Assembly (NCBI GenBank): GCA_022562395.1
Contig: JADFPI010000002.1
Span: 1 to 54,154 of the forward strand
Direction of reading: 5' to 3'
Length of the DNA stretch: 54,154 nucleotides
From: Patescibacteria group bacterium
GTDB taxonomy: Bacteria > Patescibacteriota > Microgenomatia > UBA8517
The notes under the pieces: model-generated
The model's input: only the letters and a program-made list of their open reading frames with translations
Databases searched by the model: none
What the model was told of the DNA's origin: nothing
In this document: piece after piece, positions 28,428-36,551 of the stretch
Numbering within the stretch: the stretch's first letter is position 1
How the letters are laid out: each line of letters begins with the position of its first letter
Program-made: the position numbers and the translations under genes

Positions 28428-29168
28428 ATGAAAAAATTTCTGCCGATTATTTTACTTTTGTTAGGAGTTGGAGTATTTATAGGTGTATTTCTTTTTATAA
28501 GGGGAAAACCTCAGGAGGAGATAGTTGTTGAGAATGAAAAAAGTTTGCGAGACATCCCCCTGGATGAGCGGCCGATTGCTTCACTTACTCCTTCGAGTGA
28601 CGGTTACTGGCTCAAACTAGTAATCGAAAAAATTGTAATCGAGGCCGATACAATGGATTACGAACTACTATATAAACTACCGGATGGGCGAACCCAAGGC
28701 GTTCCTGGAACGATAAGCCTGGAAGGACTAGAAGAGATTGAACGCGACTTACTTTTAGGCTCAGAGTCTTCCGGTAAATTCAGATATGACGAGGGTGTGG
28801 AAAATGGGACATTGACTCTGCGATTTAGGGATGAAAAAGGCAAGCTCATTGTCAAATTCTCAACAGATTTTCATTTACAATCAAACACACGGGCGCTTTC
28901 AACTGTTGACGCAGCGTTTACCTACACTTTGACAAAAACACCTACTGGCGTATTCTTTGTAGCGATGGAGACCTTCGGGGTCCCTGGGAGCGTAAATTCA
29001 ATATCTTCAGGGCCCTACGGCATTTTTAGTTCAGGAAGCACAACTCTTTCCGGCTCAATTCAACTAGATTCGGGAACAATCTACCGCTGGACAGGGAGTA
29101 AATGGAAAGAAGTTGTAAACGGAAATTCTTCTGATATCGGTATCTTCTACACAGCTATAGGACAGTAA
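28428..29168 (+). CDS. hypothetical secreted/membrane-anchored protein
   Basis: MKKFLPIILLLLGVGVFIGVFLFI signal-anchor followed by a beta-rich polar domain. ATG 28428 (the track starts at TTG 28419). Confidence 0.5.
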   Translation: MKKFLPIILLLLGVGVFIGVFLFIRGKPQEEIVVENEKSLRDIPLDERPIASLTPSSDGYWLKLVIEKIVIEADTMDYELLYKLPDGRTQGVPGTISLEGLEEIERDLLLGSESSGKFRYDEGVENGTLTLRFRDEKGKLIVKFSTDFHLQSNTRALSTVDAAFTYTLTKTPTGVFFVAMETFGVPGSVNSISSGPYGIFSSGSTTLSGSIQLDSGTIYRWTGSKWKEVVNGNSSDIGIFYTAIGQ

Positions 29169-29217
29169 AGCCTTTTAAACCACAACATCTATGGTTCTAA
29201 GTGGTGAAAACACCATA

Positions 29218-29246
29218 TTGACACACGTGTGAAAACATTTCAGAAT
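29218..29246 (+). promoter_or_regulatory. sigma-70-like promoter candidate for the dcw cluster (TTGACA-17 nt-CAGAAT)
   Basis: ttgaca at 29218-29223, a 17-nt spacer, then cagaat at 29241-29246. It lies about 175 nt upstream of mraZ. Confidence 0.45.
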
Positions 29247-29270
29247 GGTGTAAAGTGGTGAAAAGTGGTG
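29245..29270 (+). promoter_or_regulatory. three direct (A/G)TGGTG boxes at exact 10-bp spacing (putative MraZ operator), plus a fourth box at 29201-29206
   Basis: aTGGTGtaaa gTGGTGaaaa gTGGTGaaga, overlapping or just downstream of the -10 candidate. Confidence 0.55.
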
Positions 29271-29421
29271 AAGAATAGTTAAAACAATATCCTGCCCAAA
29301 ATGAAAAATGTATTTAATCTACATGATTACGAACAAATTAAAAGATTTGAAGAGGAATGCTTTATTGGCCCACTGGCTATCTGGACAAAGAAAGCTAAAG
29401 ACACCAAATTAGAAAAAATTT

Positions 29422-29856
29422 ATGTTGATTGGGCAATATTTTACAAAACTTACGGAGAAGGGAAGATGCGCTCTTCCCAAAAAGTTTCGAAGGCAGTTGG
29501 GCGATAAGGCAATAATTGCCAAGTGGTACGAGGGGTGTTTAGTTGTTGTAGGGGAAAAGCTCTGGGAAGTACTTTTAATAAAACTTACGGGCAAAAGCGA
29601 GATAATTACGCAGCCTGTGCGAGATACGGATAGGTTTATTTTAGGCTCGGCGTTTGAATTTACTACAGATTCGCAAGGAAGGTTTGTTATACCGAAGGTT
29701 TTAAGGGAATACGCCGGCCTAAAAGAAGAAGTTGTCTTCGTAGGACTGGGTGAACGAGTAGAAGTTTGGAGTAAAGGTGCTTGGAGTCAAAGAGAAGATT
29801 ATGTTCAAAAACATGCGTCAGAACTGGTCGAAAAACTGGCAAAAGCAAAAGAATGA
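29422..29856 (+). CDS. mraZ: division/cell wall cluster transcriptional regulator MraZ
   Basis: Two SpoVT/AbrB-like halves, LTEKGRCALPKKFR and TDSQGRFVIPKVLREYAGL. First gene of the dcw cluster. Confidence 0.9.
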   Translation: MLIGQYFTKLTEKGRCALPKKFRRQLGDKAIIAKWYEGCLVVVGEKLWEVLLIKLTGKSEIITQPVRDTDRFILGSAFEFTTDSQGRFVIPKVLREYAGLKEEVVFVGLGERVEVWSKGAWSQREDYVQKHASELVEKLAKAKE

Positions 29857-29969
29857 GAGGGGTGGTGATTAGGAAATGATTAGACTTAATGGCCGATTAA
29901 TGAGGAAGAAGCTTGATGCAACCCTAAAAAGCCTCGAGCAAGGGACGGAAGGATTTGAGAGGTTCGAAG

Positions 29970-30920
29970 ATGAAAAGAACGAAAAGGAAAGAAGCGATTC
30001 ATAAACCTGTTTTAATCCAAGAGGTAGTAAAGGCCCTGAATTTAGAGAAATTTGCACTTTTAAAAAGACAAGCCCGGATAATAGATGCAACTGTTGGAAC
30101 TGGTGGACACACAAAAAAAATTATTGAATATCAAGCATTTGTCCTAGGAATCGACGCCGATAAGAATATTCTTGAGAATGCGCGCGAAATATTATCTAAA
30201 GCCTGCTCTGCCATGAACCAGACGGTACGTGGCTCTGCCCCGAAACGAGATTTTCGGGACTGTTTTGTATTAGCGCAGGGAAATTTCAAAGATATTGATA
30301 AGATTGCAAGAGAGTTTAGGTTTTCGAAAGTCGATGGAATACTTTTTGACTTAGGAATATCGACGCTGCATCTAAAATCCTACAAGCGCGGATTTTCTTT
30401 TGAGAATCCTTCAGCCAAGCTTGATATGAGGCTTGATCCGGACACGCAAAGCGTGAAAGCATCAGATTTACTCAACGCGCTTGATAAAAATCAACTTAGT
30501 AGACTTTTTGGGGAAATTATAGGGAAAATAGCTTCCCGGAGGTTAGCAGGCTCGATTTATACAAAAAGAAAGACGAAACCTTTTAAAACAGTTTCAGATT
30601 TACTTGCGGTTGTAAATTCGGTTAAGGCAAGGAAAAAATTGCATCCTGCAACCTTAGCTTTTTTGGCATTAAGAATAGCAACCAACTCCGAGCTTGTGAA
30701 CTTAAAAGTCGCCCTTCCGAAGGCCTTATCACTACTTAAAACTGGAGGTCGCTTAGCAATAATAAGTTTTCACTCTGGTGAAGACAGGATAGTCAAAAAT
30801 TTTTACCAAGAAAGTAGACAAAAAATTATAAATAAAAAACCCGTAACACCAGGTACAGCAGAAATAAGTGAAAATCCTAGTGCAAGAAGTGCAAAATTAA
30901 GAGTCCTGGAAAAAATTTAA
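29970..30920 (+). CDS. rsmH: 16S rRNA (cytosine1402-N4)-methyltransferase RsmH
   Basis: HKPVLIQEVV, IDATVGTGGHT, FDLGIS, GFSF, LDMRLDP, HPATLAFLALRIATNSEL, SFHSGEDRIVK, ENPSARSAKLRV. ATG 29970 (TTG 29955 in the track). Confidence 0.92.
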   Translation: MKRTKRKEAIHKPVLIQEVVKALNLEKFALLKRQARIIDATVGTGGHTKKIIEYQAFVLGIDADKNILENAREILSKACSAMNQTVRGSAPKRDFRDCFVLAQGNFKDIDKIAREFRFSKVDGILFDLGISTLHLKSYKRGFSFENPSAKLDMRLDPDTQSVKASDLLNALDKNQLSRLFGEIIGKIASRRLAGSIYTKRKTKPFKTVSDLLAVVNSVKARKKLHPATLAFLALRIATNSELVNLKVALPKALSLLKTGGRLAIISFHSGEDRIVKNFYQESRQKIINKKPVTPGTAEISENPSARSAKLRVLEKI

Positions 30921-30928
30921 CATAAATT

Positions 30929-31258
30929 ATGAAAAAGTCTTATGCTGTTAAAATAAAAGACCTAGAAAAAAGTAAGGTTTTTGGCCTAAAAATAACTTAC
31001 TTTATTGGGGTTATATTAGGTATTTTAGTTTTAGCAACTGTCTTCGTGACAATAGAAACTTCCGCAGCGGGGGCCGAGTTAGCTGTGCTAGAAAAAGAAG
31101 AAGCGTTGCTCAGTAAGGAGAGAGTGGAACTGAAAAGTAAGATTGTTCAGTCGACTTCATTGAGTAAAATAAGCGAAGCTGCAAAAGATCTTGATTTGAA
31201 AAAAACGTCAAAAATCATTTACATAACAGAAGAAGAAATTGTTGCGAAGCTACCTTGA
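30929..31258 (+). CDS. ftsL: FtsL-like cell division protein (single TM plus coiled coil)
   Basis: 109 aa. TM segment ITYFIGVILGILVLATVFVTI followed by a heptad-like segment. Canonical position between rsmH and ftsI. Confidence 0.55.
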   Translation: MKKSYAVKIKDLEKSKVFGLKITYFIGVILGILVLATVFVTIETSAAGAELAVLEKEEALLSKERVELKSKIVQSTSLSKISEAAKDLDLKKTSKIIYITEEEIVAKLP

Positions 31259-31267
31259 GACTCTCAA

Positions 31268-32998
31268 ATGCAGACAAGAATTCAGATAATAGGCTTGGGA
31301 TTTTTACTTGTCTTTTTAGCAATAGGAGTTCGACTTTTTTATTGGCAGATAGTTAGAGGAAAAGAGCTGTCCTCACAGGCTAAAGTCCAGTATGAAAGCG
31401 GAGAAACGATATCAGCTCCAAGAGGAAATATTTTAGCCTCTGATTCAACGTGGCTTGTAGCATCTGGGGAGGCCTGGTTACTTTTTGCCTACCTTCCTGA
31501 TATTGACGACCCGCCGAAAGAGATAGCCGATAAACTTGCTCCCTTTTTTGTGGTACGCGAAGATGAAGAGAGTGATTCAGAGTACCGAGAGAAACTTCTA
31601 AATGAAGTAGACAGGCTTTACAGTTTGCTTAAGAAAGACGAAGTCGTTTGGGTTGCCTTAAAACGTAAATTATTACCCGAGACGAAGAAAAATATAGAGG
31701 CGCTGAGTATTTCCGGTATTGGATTTGAACCAGGGGAAAGAAGGGTTTATCCCGAGGCTTCGAGTGCTGCTCACCTTCTAGGATTTGTCGGTAAAAATAA
31801 AGAGGGAGAGGATACTGGATATTTTGGCTTGGAGGGATTTTATGACCTGTCACTTTCGGGAAAACCGGGATTTTTAAAGCGCGAATCCGACGCTAAAGGA
31901 ACCCCTATACTTTTTGGAGGCTCTTATGAAATAAGTGCCGTTGGAGGAACAGATTTAAAGACGTATATAGACAAATCGATTCAGTTGACCATCGAAGAGC
32001 AGCTGGTGGATGGGATAGAAAAATACGGAGCTAAAGAGGGAAGTGTTGTTGTTATGAACCCCAAAAATGGAGCGATTTTAGGGATGGCTTCATATCCGTC
32101 TTACGACCCCGAGCAATATAGTGAATATGGCGATGAATATTTTAAAAACCCTGTGGTGTCGTCTTCTTTTGAGCCTGGCTCTGTTTTTAAAGTGTTGGTG
32201 ATGTCTGCCGCTCTTGATGCAGATGTTGTCGAGCCAGATACTCGATGTGAAATATGTGAAGGCCCGCTAAGGGTGGATAAATATATCATTAGGACTTGGA
32301 ATAATGAGTATCGTCCGGACTCGACTATGCTAGACGTAATTGTTAATTCTGATAACGTTGGGATGGTTTATGTTGGACAAACGCTAGGGGCAGATAAACT
32401 TTATGATTATTTGGATAATTTCGGCATTGGGAAACTGACAGGGGTAGATTTACAGGGAGAAGCGACACCGCGCCTAAGGCCAAAGGATAAATGGAGTATT
32501 GTGGATGTCTCAACCGCGTCGTTTGGCCAAGGGATAGCGGTAACTCCAATCCAGATGATTAAAGCAGTCTCTGCTATTGCAAACAAAGGGGTGCTTGTTA
32601 CGCCCCAGGTGGTGGATAGTTTGCAAGGAAGAGGTTGGGCAGAGGATATTAAGCCGGAGTTTGGGGAGAGAGTTATCTCAGAAGAAACTGCGAAAGTGAT
32701 GACCTCAATGATGGTCGAGGCTGCAAAAAATGGAGAGGCTAAATGGACGCATTTGCGGGGTTTCAAGGTCGCCGGGAAAACGGGAACGGCGCAGATACCG
32801 GTAGCAGGAAACTATGACTCGGAAAAGACAATTGCCTCATTTATCGGATTCGCACCGGCTGATGATCCTGAATTTTTGATGCTGGTGACATTGAGAGAAT
32901 CGGAGAGTTCTCCTTGGGCGTCGGAAACTGCGGCGCCGCTCTGGTATTCCATTGCAAACGAACTCTTTTTGTACTTCGGAATTCAGCCCGAAAATTAG
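31268..32998 (+). CDS. ftsI: penicillin-binding protein (class B transpeptidase, FtsI/PBP2-type)
   Basis: N-terminal TM segment, SxxK (SVFK), SxN (SDN) and KTGT motifs. Confidence 0.9.
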   Translation: MQTRIQIIGLGFLLVFLAIGVRLFYWQIVRGKELSSQAKVQYESGETISAPRGNILASDSTWLVASGEAWLLFAYLPDIDDPPKEIADKLAPFFVVREDEESDSEYREKLLNEVDRLYSLLKKDEVVWVALKRKLLPETKKNIEALSISGIGFEPGERRVYPEASSAAHLLGFVGKNKEGEDTGYFGLEGFYDLSLSGKPGFLKRESDAKGTPILFGGSYEISAVGGTDLKTYIDKSIQLTIEEQLVDGIEKYGAKEGSVVVMNPKNGAILGMASYPSYDPEQYSEYGDEYFKNPVVSSSFEPGSVFKVLVMSAALDADVVEPDTRCEICEGPLRVDKYIIRTWNNEYRPDSTMLDVIVNSDNVGMVYVGQTLGADKLYDYLDNFGIGKLTGVDLQGEATPRLRPKDKWSIVDVSTASFGQGIAVTPIQMIKAVSAIANKGVLVTPQVVDSLQGRGWAEDIKPEFGERVISEETAKVMTSMMVEAAKNGEAKWTHLRGFKVAGKTGTAQIPVAGNYDSEKTIASFIGFAPADDPEFLMLVTLRESESSPWASETAAPLWYSIANELFLYFGIQPEN

Positions 32999-33025
32999 GG
33001 GTTCCGTGATAAAATACTTGAGTCA

Positions 33026-34297
33026 ATGTCTAAGTTTTTAATAACAGGCGGAACGAAACTCAATGGTGTAATTAAAGTCTCGGGAAGCAAAAATTCTGCG
33101 CTCCCTTTATTGGCGGCCTCACTTCTTGGTGATTCACCCAGTGTATTTACCAATGTTCCGGTAATTAAAGATGTGGAGGTAATGGGGAGATTAATCGAAA
33201 AGCTTGGCGCAAAAGTTGAAGGGTTGGGAACAGGTACCCTAAAAATAAATCCAAGGTCACTGTCTTCTTACGAGCTAGACCCGGCACTAACTGAGAGAAT
33301 CCGTGGGTCGGTCATTTTGGCTGCTCCTCTTATAGCAAGATTTGGTAAAGCGATAATTACCCCTCCCGGTGGAGACCAGATTGGCGAGCGCCTACTGGAT
33401 ACTCATTTTTCGATGATGCAAAAGTTTGGTGTAAAGGTTAAAAAGGAAAACGGAAAGTATCTTTTGAGTTGGGATAAAAAGAAAGAGGGAAATATCTTTT
33501 TGGAAGAAGCTTCAGTTACCGCTACCGAGATGGCTTTAATGCTGGGTTCAAACACAAAGGGCGATATTGTATTAGAAGATGTTGCGTCGGAGCCCCATGT
33601 CGTTGATTTAGCAGACTATTTAAATAAATCAGGTATGAAAATCAAAGGTGCGGGAACTAATACAGTGCGGATATCAAAAGGAAAGTTGCTTAAGGGAGTA
33701 AGCCACAGAGTTATTCCAGATCATATAGAAGGAGCAACATTAGCAATTGCCGCGGCAATAACTGGGGGAAAGGTGATAATAAAAGACGTTGTTTATGCAC
33801 ACTATAAAATCATCTTGAATTATTTGTCACAGATGGGAGTTTCCTATAAATTTGCAGGAAAAGATGCAATTCAGATTCTGCCCTCAAAACTTGTGGCCAA
33901 AAGGAGAAAGTTTCAAACTCGTCCTTGGCCAGGCTTTCCGACAGATCTAATGAGCCCCTTCATAGTTTTAGCGACTCAGACAAAAGGGACGGTGCTTTGT
34001 CACGATTGGATGTATGAATGGAGGGTGTTTTTTGTTGACGATTTAATAAGTATGGGGGCAAATATATTTATAGCCGATCCCCATAGGGTTATTGTAACTG
34101 GACCAACCAAACTAAACGCCGAAAAAGTTTTTTGTAAAGATATCAGAGCCGGAATTTCTATTATTTTAGCGGCCTTGGTGGCGGAAGGCGTAAGCACAAT
34201 CGACAACGTTGAAATGGTCGAGAGAGGATATGAGCGGATTGAAGAAAGATTTAAAAATCTGGGGGCCAAAATTAAGAGAGTCGATCACGATGAATAA
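33026..34297 (+). CDS. murA: UDP-N-acetylglucosamine 1-carboxyvinyltransferase (Asp variant at the fosfomycin-target position)
   Basis: KLNGVIKVSGSKNSALPLLAASLL. The active-site loop is PPGGDQIGERLLDTH, compared with GGC in E. coli. Confidence 0.92.
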   Translation: MSKFLITGGTKLNGVIKVSGSKNSALPLLAASLLGDSPSVFTNVPVIKDVEVMGRLIEKLGAKVEGLGTGTLKINPRSLSSYELDPALTERIRGSVILAAPLIARFGKAIITPPGGDQIGERLLDTHFSMMQKFGVKVKKENGKYLLSWDKKKEGNIFLEEASVTATEMALMLGSNTKGDIVLEDVASEPHVVDLADYLNKSGMKIKGAGTNTVRISKGKLLKGVSHRVIPDHIEGATLAIAAAITGGKVIIKDVVYAHYKIILNYLSQMGVSYKFAGKDAIQILPSKLVAKRRKFQTRPWPGFPTDLMSPFIVLATQTKGTVLCHDWMYEWRVFFVDDLISMGANIFIADPHRVIVTGPTKLNAEKVFCKDIRAGISIILAALVAEGVSTIDNVEMVERGYERIEERFKNLGAKIKRVDHDE

Positions 34298-36551
34298 AAG
34301 TCTTGAGAAAATTCTTCCCAAACTTGACACTTACAAAATAATTGGCCCAAAAGAAACAAGTGTCAGAGGGATTACCTTTGATAGCCGGAAAGTTAAAAAA
34401 GATTTTGCCTTCTTTGCAGTAAAGGGGGCGAGGTTTGACGGACACAATTTTATTCCACAGGCTATCAAGAACGGAGCTTCAGTCATTATTACAGAAAGGA
34501 AAGTTAAGACTGCCGGAAAAATAACTTATGTTCGGGTTAAGGACAACCGACTAGCTTTAGCGAGAACCGCCTCATACTGGTATGGGAACCCAAGTAAAAA
34601 GCTTACGGTAATAGGAGTTACGGGCACAGACGGAAAGACCACGACTGCAAATTTTATATATGAGATTCTGAAAACAAGTGGCAAAAAAGTTGGATTAATT
34701 TCTACGGTTAAAGCGGTAATTGGGAGAAAGAGTTATGAAACAGGTTTGCACGTAACAAGCCCGGACCCAATAACTCTTAACAAGTTTTTGGACGAAATGG
34801 TTAACAAAGATTTAAACCACGCGGTTATTGAAGTTACCTCTCACGCAATCGACCAGAAAAGAGTCGAAGGAGTGAGTTTTGATATCGGTGTACTGACCAA
34901 TATTACTCACGAACACACAGACTATCACGGCTCTTTTAAAGAATATAGAGACGTAAAGATAAGTTTCCTAAGAAAATGCAAGAAAGTAGTTTTAAATAAA
35001 GATGACTCTTCATTCAAATATGTTGCCCAAAAGCTAAAAGGAGTGGATATCTGTACTTACTCACTTTTAAAGAAAGCAGATTTTCAGGCGAAAAATGCTA
35101 AAGAGATGAAAGATGGAAGTTCATTTACCGTTTCAGAGAACTTATCCTCCCAGAAAATAGAAACGAATTTTTTAGGTGAATATAATTTGGCAAATGCAAT
35201 GGCAGCAATTTCAACCTCGAGGCTTTTGAAAGTTCCTTACAGCTCAATTAGGAAGGTACTTCGTTCTATTAAACTACCTCCTGGAAGATTAGAAAAATTA
35301 GAATTTGGACAGGATTTTGAGATAATTGTTGATTTTGCGCACACACCGAATGCACTTGAGTCTACCCTTAAATATTTAAAGAAAAAGTCTAAAGGAAAAT
35401 TAATATCAGTGTTTGGTTGTGCAGGAGAAAGGGATAAGAAAAAACGATACATGATGGGTAAAATTTCGGCTAAGTTAGCGGATATTTCAGTTTTTACAGC
35501 AGAAGACCCAAGAAGCGAAGATATTCAGGAGATTTTTGTCCAAATGGTGAAGGGCGCACAAGACGCAGGAGCCAAAGAGGGTGATATCGGGGGCGAGATA
35601 ATATTAAAGAGGGAAGAGCATGTCTTTATGAAAATACCGGAGAGATTTGAGGCGATTTTTTACGCCGTTCAAAAGCTGGCAAAACCAGAGGATGTTTTAG
35701 TTATTTGCGGCAAGGGACACGAAAAAAGTATGGCTTACAATTCGACCGAGCATCCTTGGTCGGACAAAGAGGCAATCAAGATGGCAATACAAGCAGATAG
35801 AAGCCAAACAGCTATTGTTCTGGCGGCAGGGGAAGGTACAAGAATGAAGTCCGGTGTGCCGAAAATTCTTCGCAAAATTGCAGGCAGGCCGATGATAGCG
35901 TATACGTTACAAAATTTAAGAGAGGCAAGGATTGGAAATATAGTGGTAGTGATAGGATATAAAAAAAGGGATGTTAAGGACTTTTTAAGAGGGGCAACTA
36001 CTTTTGCTACCCAAGATAAGCCGTTGGGAACCGGACATGCGACAAAGCGGGGACTTGCAAAAGTAAAATATGGAAAGGAAGTTTTAGTCCTAAATGGAGA
36101 TGACAGCTTCTTTTATAAACCGGAAACAATTAATAAAGTTTTGTCTTCACACAAGACAAAAGATGCAAAAGTTACCTTCGTAACGCTAATAAGACAAGAC
36201 CCGGAAGGTTTGGGAAGAATTGTTAGGGATAAAAAAGGAAATCTTTTAGCAATAGTTGAGGAAAAGGACGCAACAGATACCCAAAGAAAGATAAAGGAAG
36301 TAAATGACGGGCTATATGTTTTTAATCGTGTCTGGCTTGAAAAAAATTTACCCAAAGTGCAAAAAAGCCATGTTTCTGGCGAGTATTATTTAGTTGATTT
36401 GATTGAAATTGCCTTAGGTCAGAAAGATGAGGTGAATGTTTATAGACTTAAAGACTCAAGTGAGTGGTTGGGAGTTAACACGCAAGAGCATCTGCGCCAG
36501 GCAGAACAAAGGATGAATAAAAACCTCAATAGTATTTTAGAAAATGACTAA
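34290..36551 (+). CDS. murE: fusion protein: MurE-type UDP-MurNAc-L-Ala-D-Glu:diamino-acid ligase plus a C-terminal GlmU-N-terminal-like sugar-1-phosphate nucleotidyltransferase domain
   Basis: MurE part: ITFDSRKVKKDFAFFAVKGARFDGHNF, GVTGTDGKTTT, EDPR (resembles the DNPR of DAP-type enzymes), GKGHE. From nt 35808: TAIVLAAGEGTRMKSGVPKILRKIAGRPMI...LGTGHA...LNGDD. I see no hexapeptide acetyltransferase domain. ATG 34290 overlaps the murA stop (the track starts at 34209). Confidence 0.85.
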   Translation: MNKSLEKILPKLDTYKIIGPKETSVRGITFDSRKVKKDFAFFAVKGARFDGHNFIPQAIKNGASVIITERKVKTAGKITYVRVKDNRLALARTASYWYGNPSKKLTVIGVTGTDGKTTTANFIYEILKTSGKKVGLISTVKAVIGRKSYETGLHVTSPDPITLNKFLDEMVNKDLNHAVIEVTSHAIDQKRVEGVSFDIGVLTNITHEHTDYHGSFKEYRDVKISFLRKCKKVVLNKDDSSFKYVAQKLKGVDICTYSLLKKADFQAKNAKEMKDGSSFTVSENLSSQKIETNFLGEYNLANAMAAISTSRLLKVPYSSIRKVLRSIKLPPGRLEKLEFGQDFEIIVDFAHTPNALESTLKYLKKKSKGKLISVFGCAGERDKKKRYMMGKISAKLADISVFTAEDPRSEDIQEIFVQMVKGAQDAGAKEGDIGGEIILKREEHVFMKIPERFEAIFYAVQKLAKPEDVLVICGKGHEKSMAYNSTEHPWSDKEAIKMAIQADRSQTAIVLAAGEGTRMKSGVPKILRKIAGRPMIAYTLQNLREARIGNIVVVIGYKKRDVKDFLRGATTFATQDKPLGTGHATKRGLAKVKYGKEVLVLNGDDSFFYKPETINKVLSSHKTKDAKVTFVTLIRQDPEGLGRIVRDKKGNLLAIVEEKDATDTQRKIKEVNDGLYVFNRVWLEKNLPKVQKSHVSGEYYLVDLIEIALGQKDEVNVYRLKDSSEWLGVNTQEHLRQAEQRMNKNLNSILEND

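Noticed and set aside
29301-29507. A 68-aa + strand ORF in the mraZ leader, overlapping the mraZ start by 86 nt.
   Set aside because: It has no recognisable motif and overlaps a well-supported mraZ start (MLIGQYFTKLTEKGR...) in another frame. It most likely lies in the untranslated leader. A short regulatory peptide cannot be excluded, but I cannot support one.
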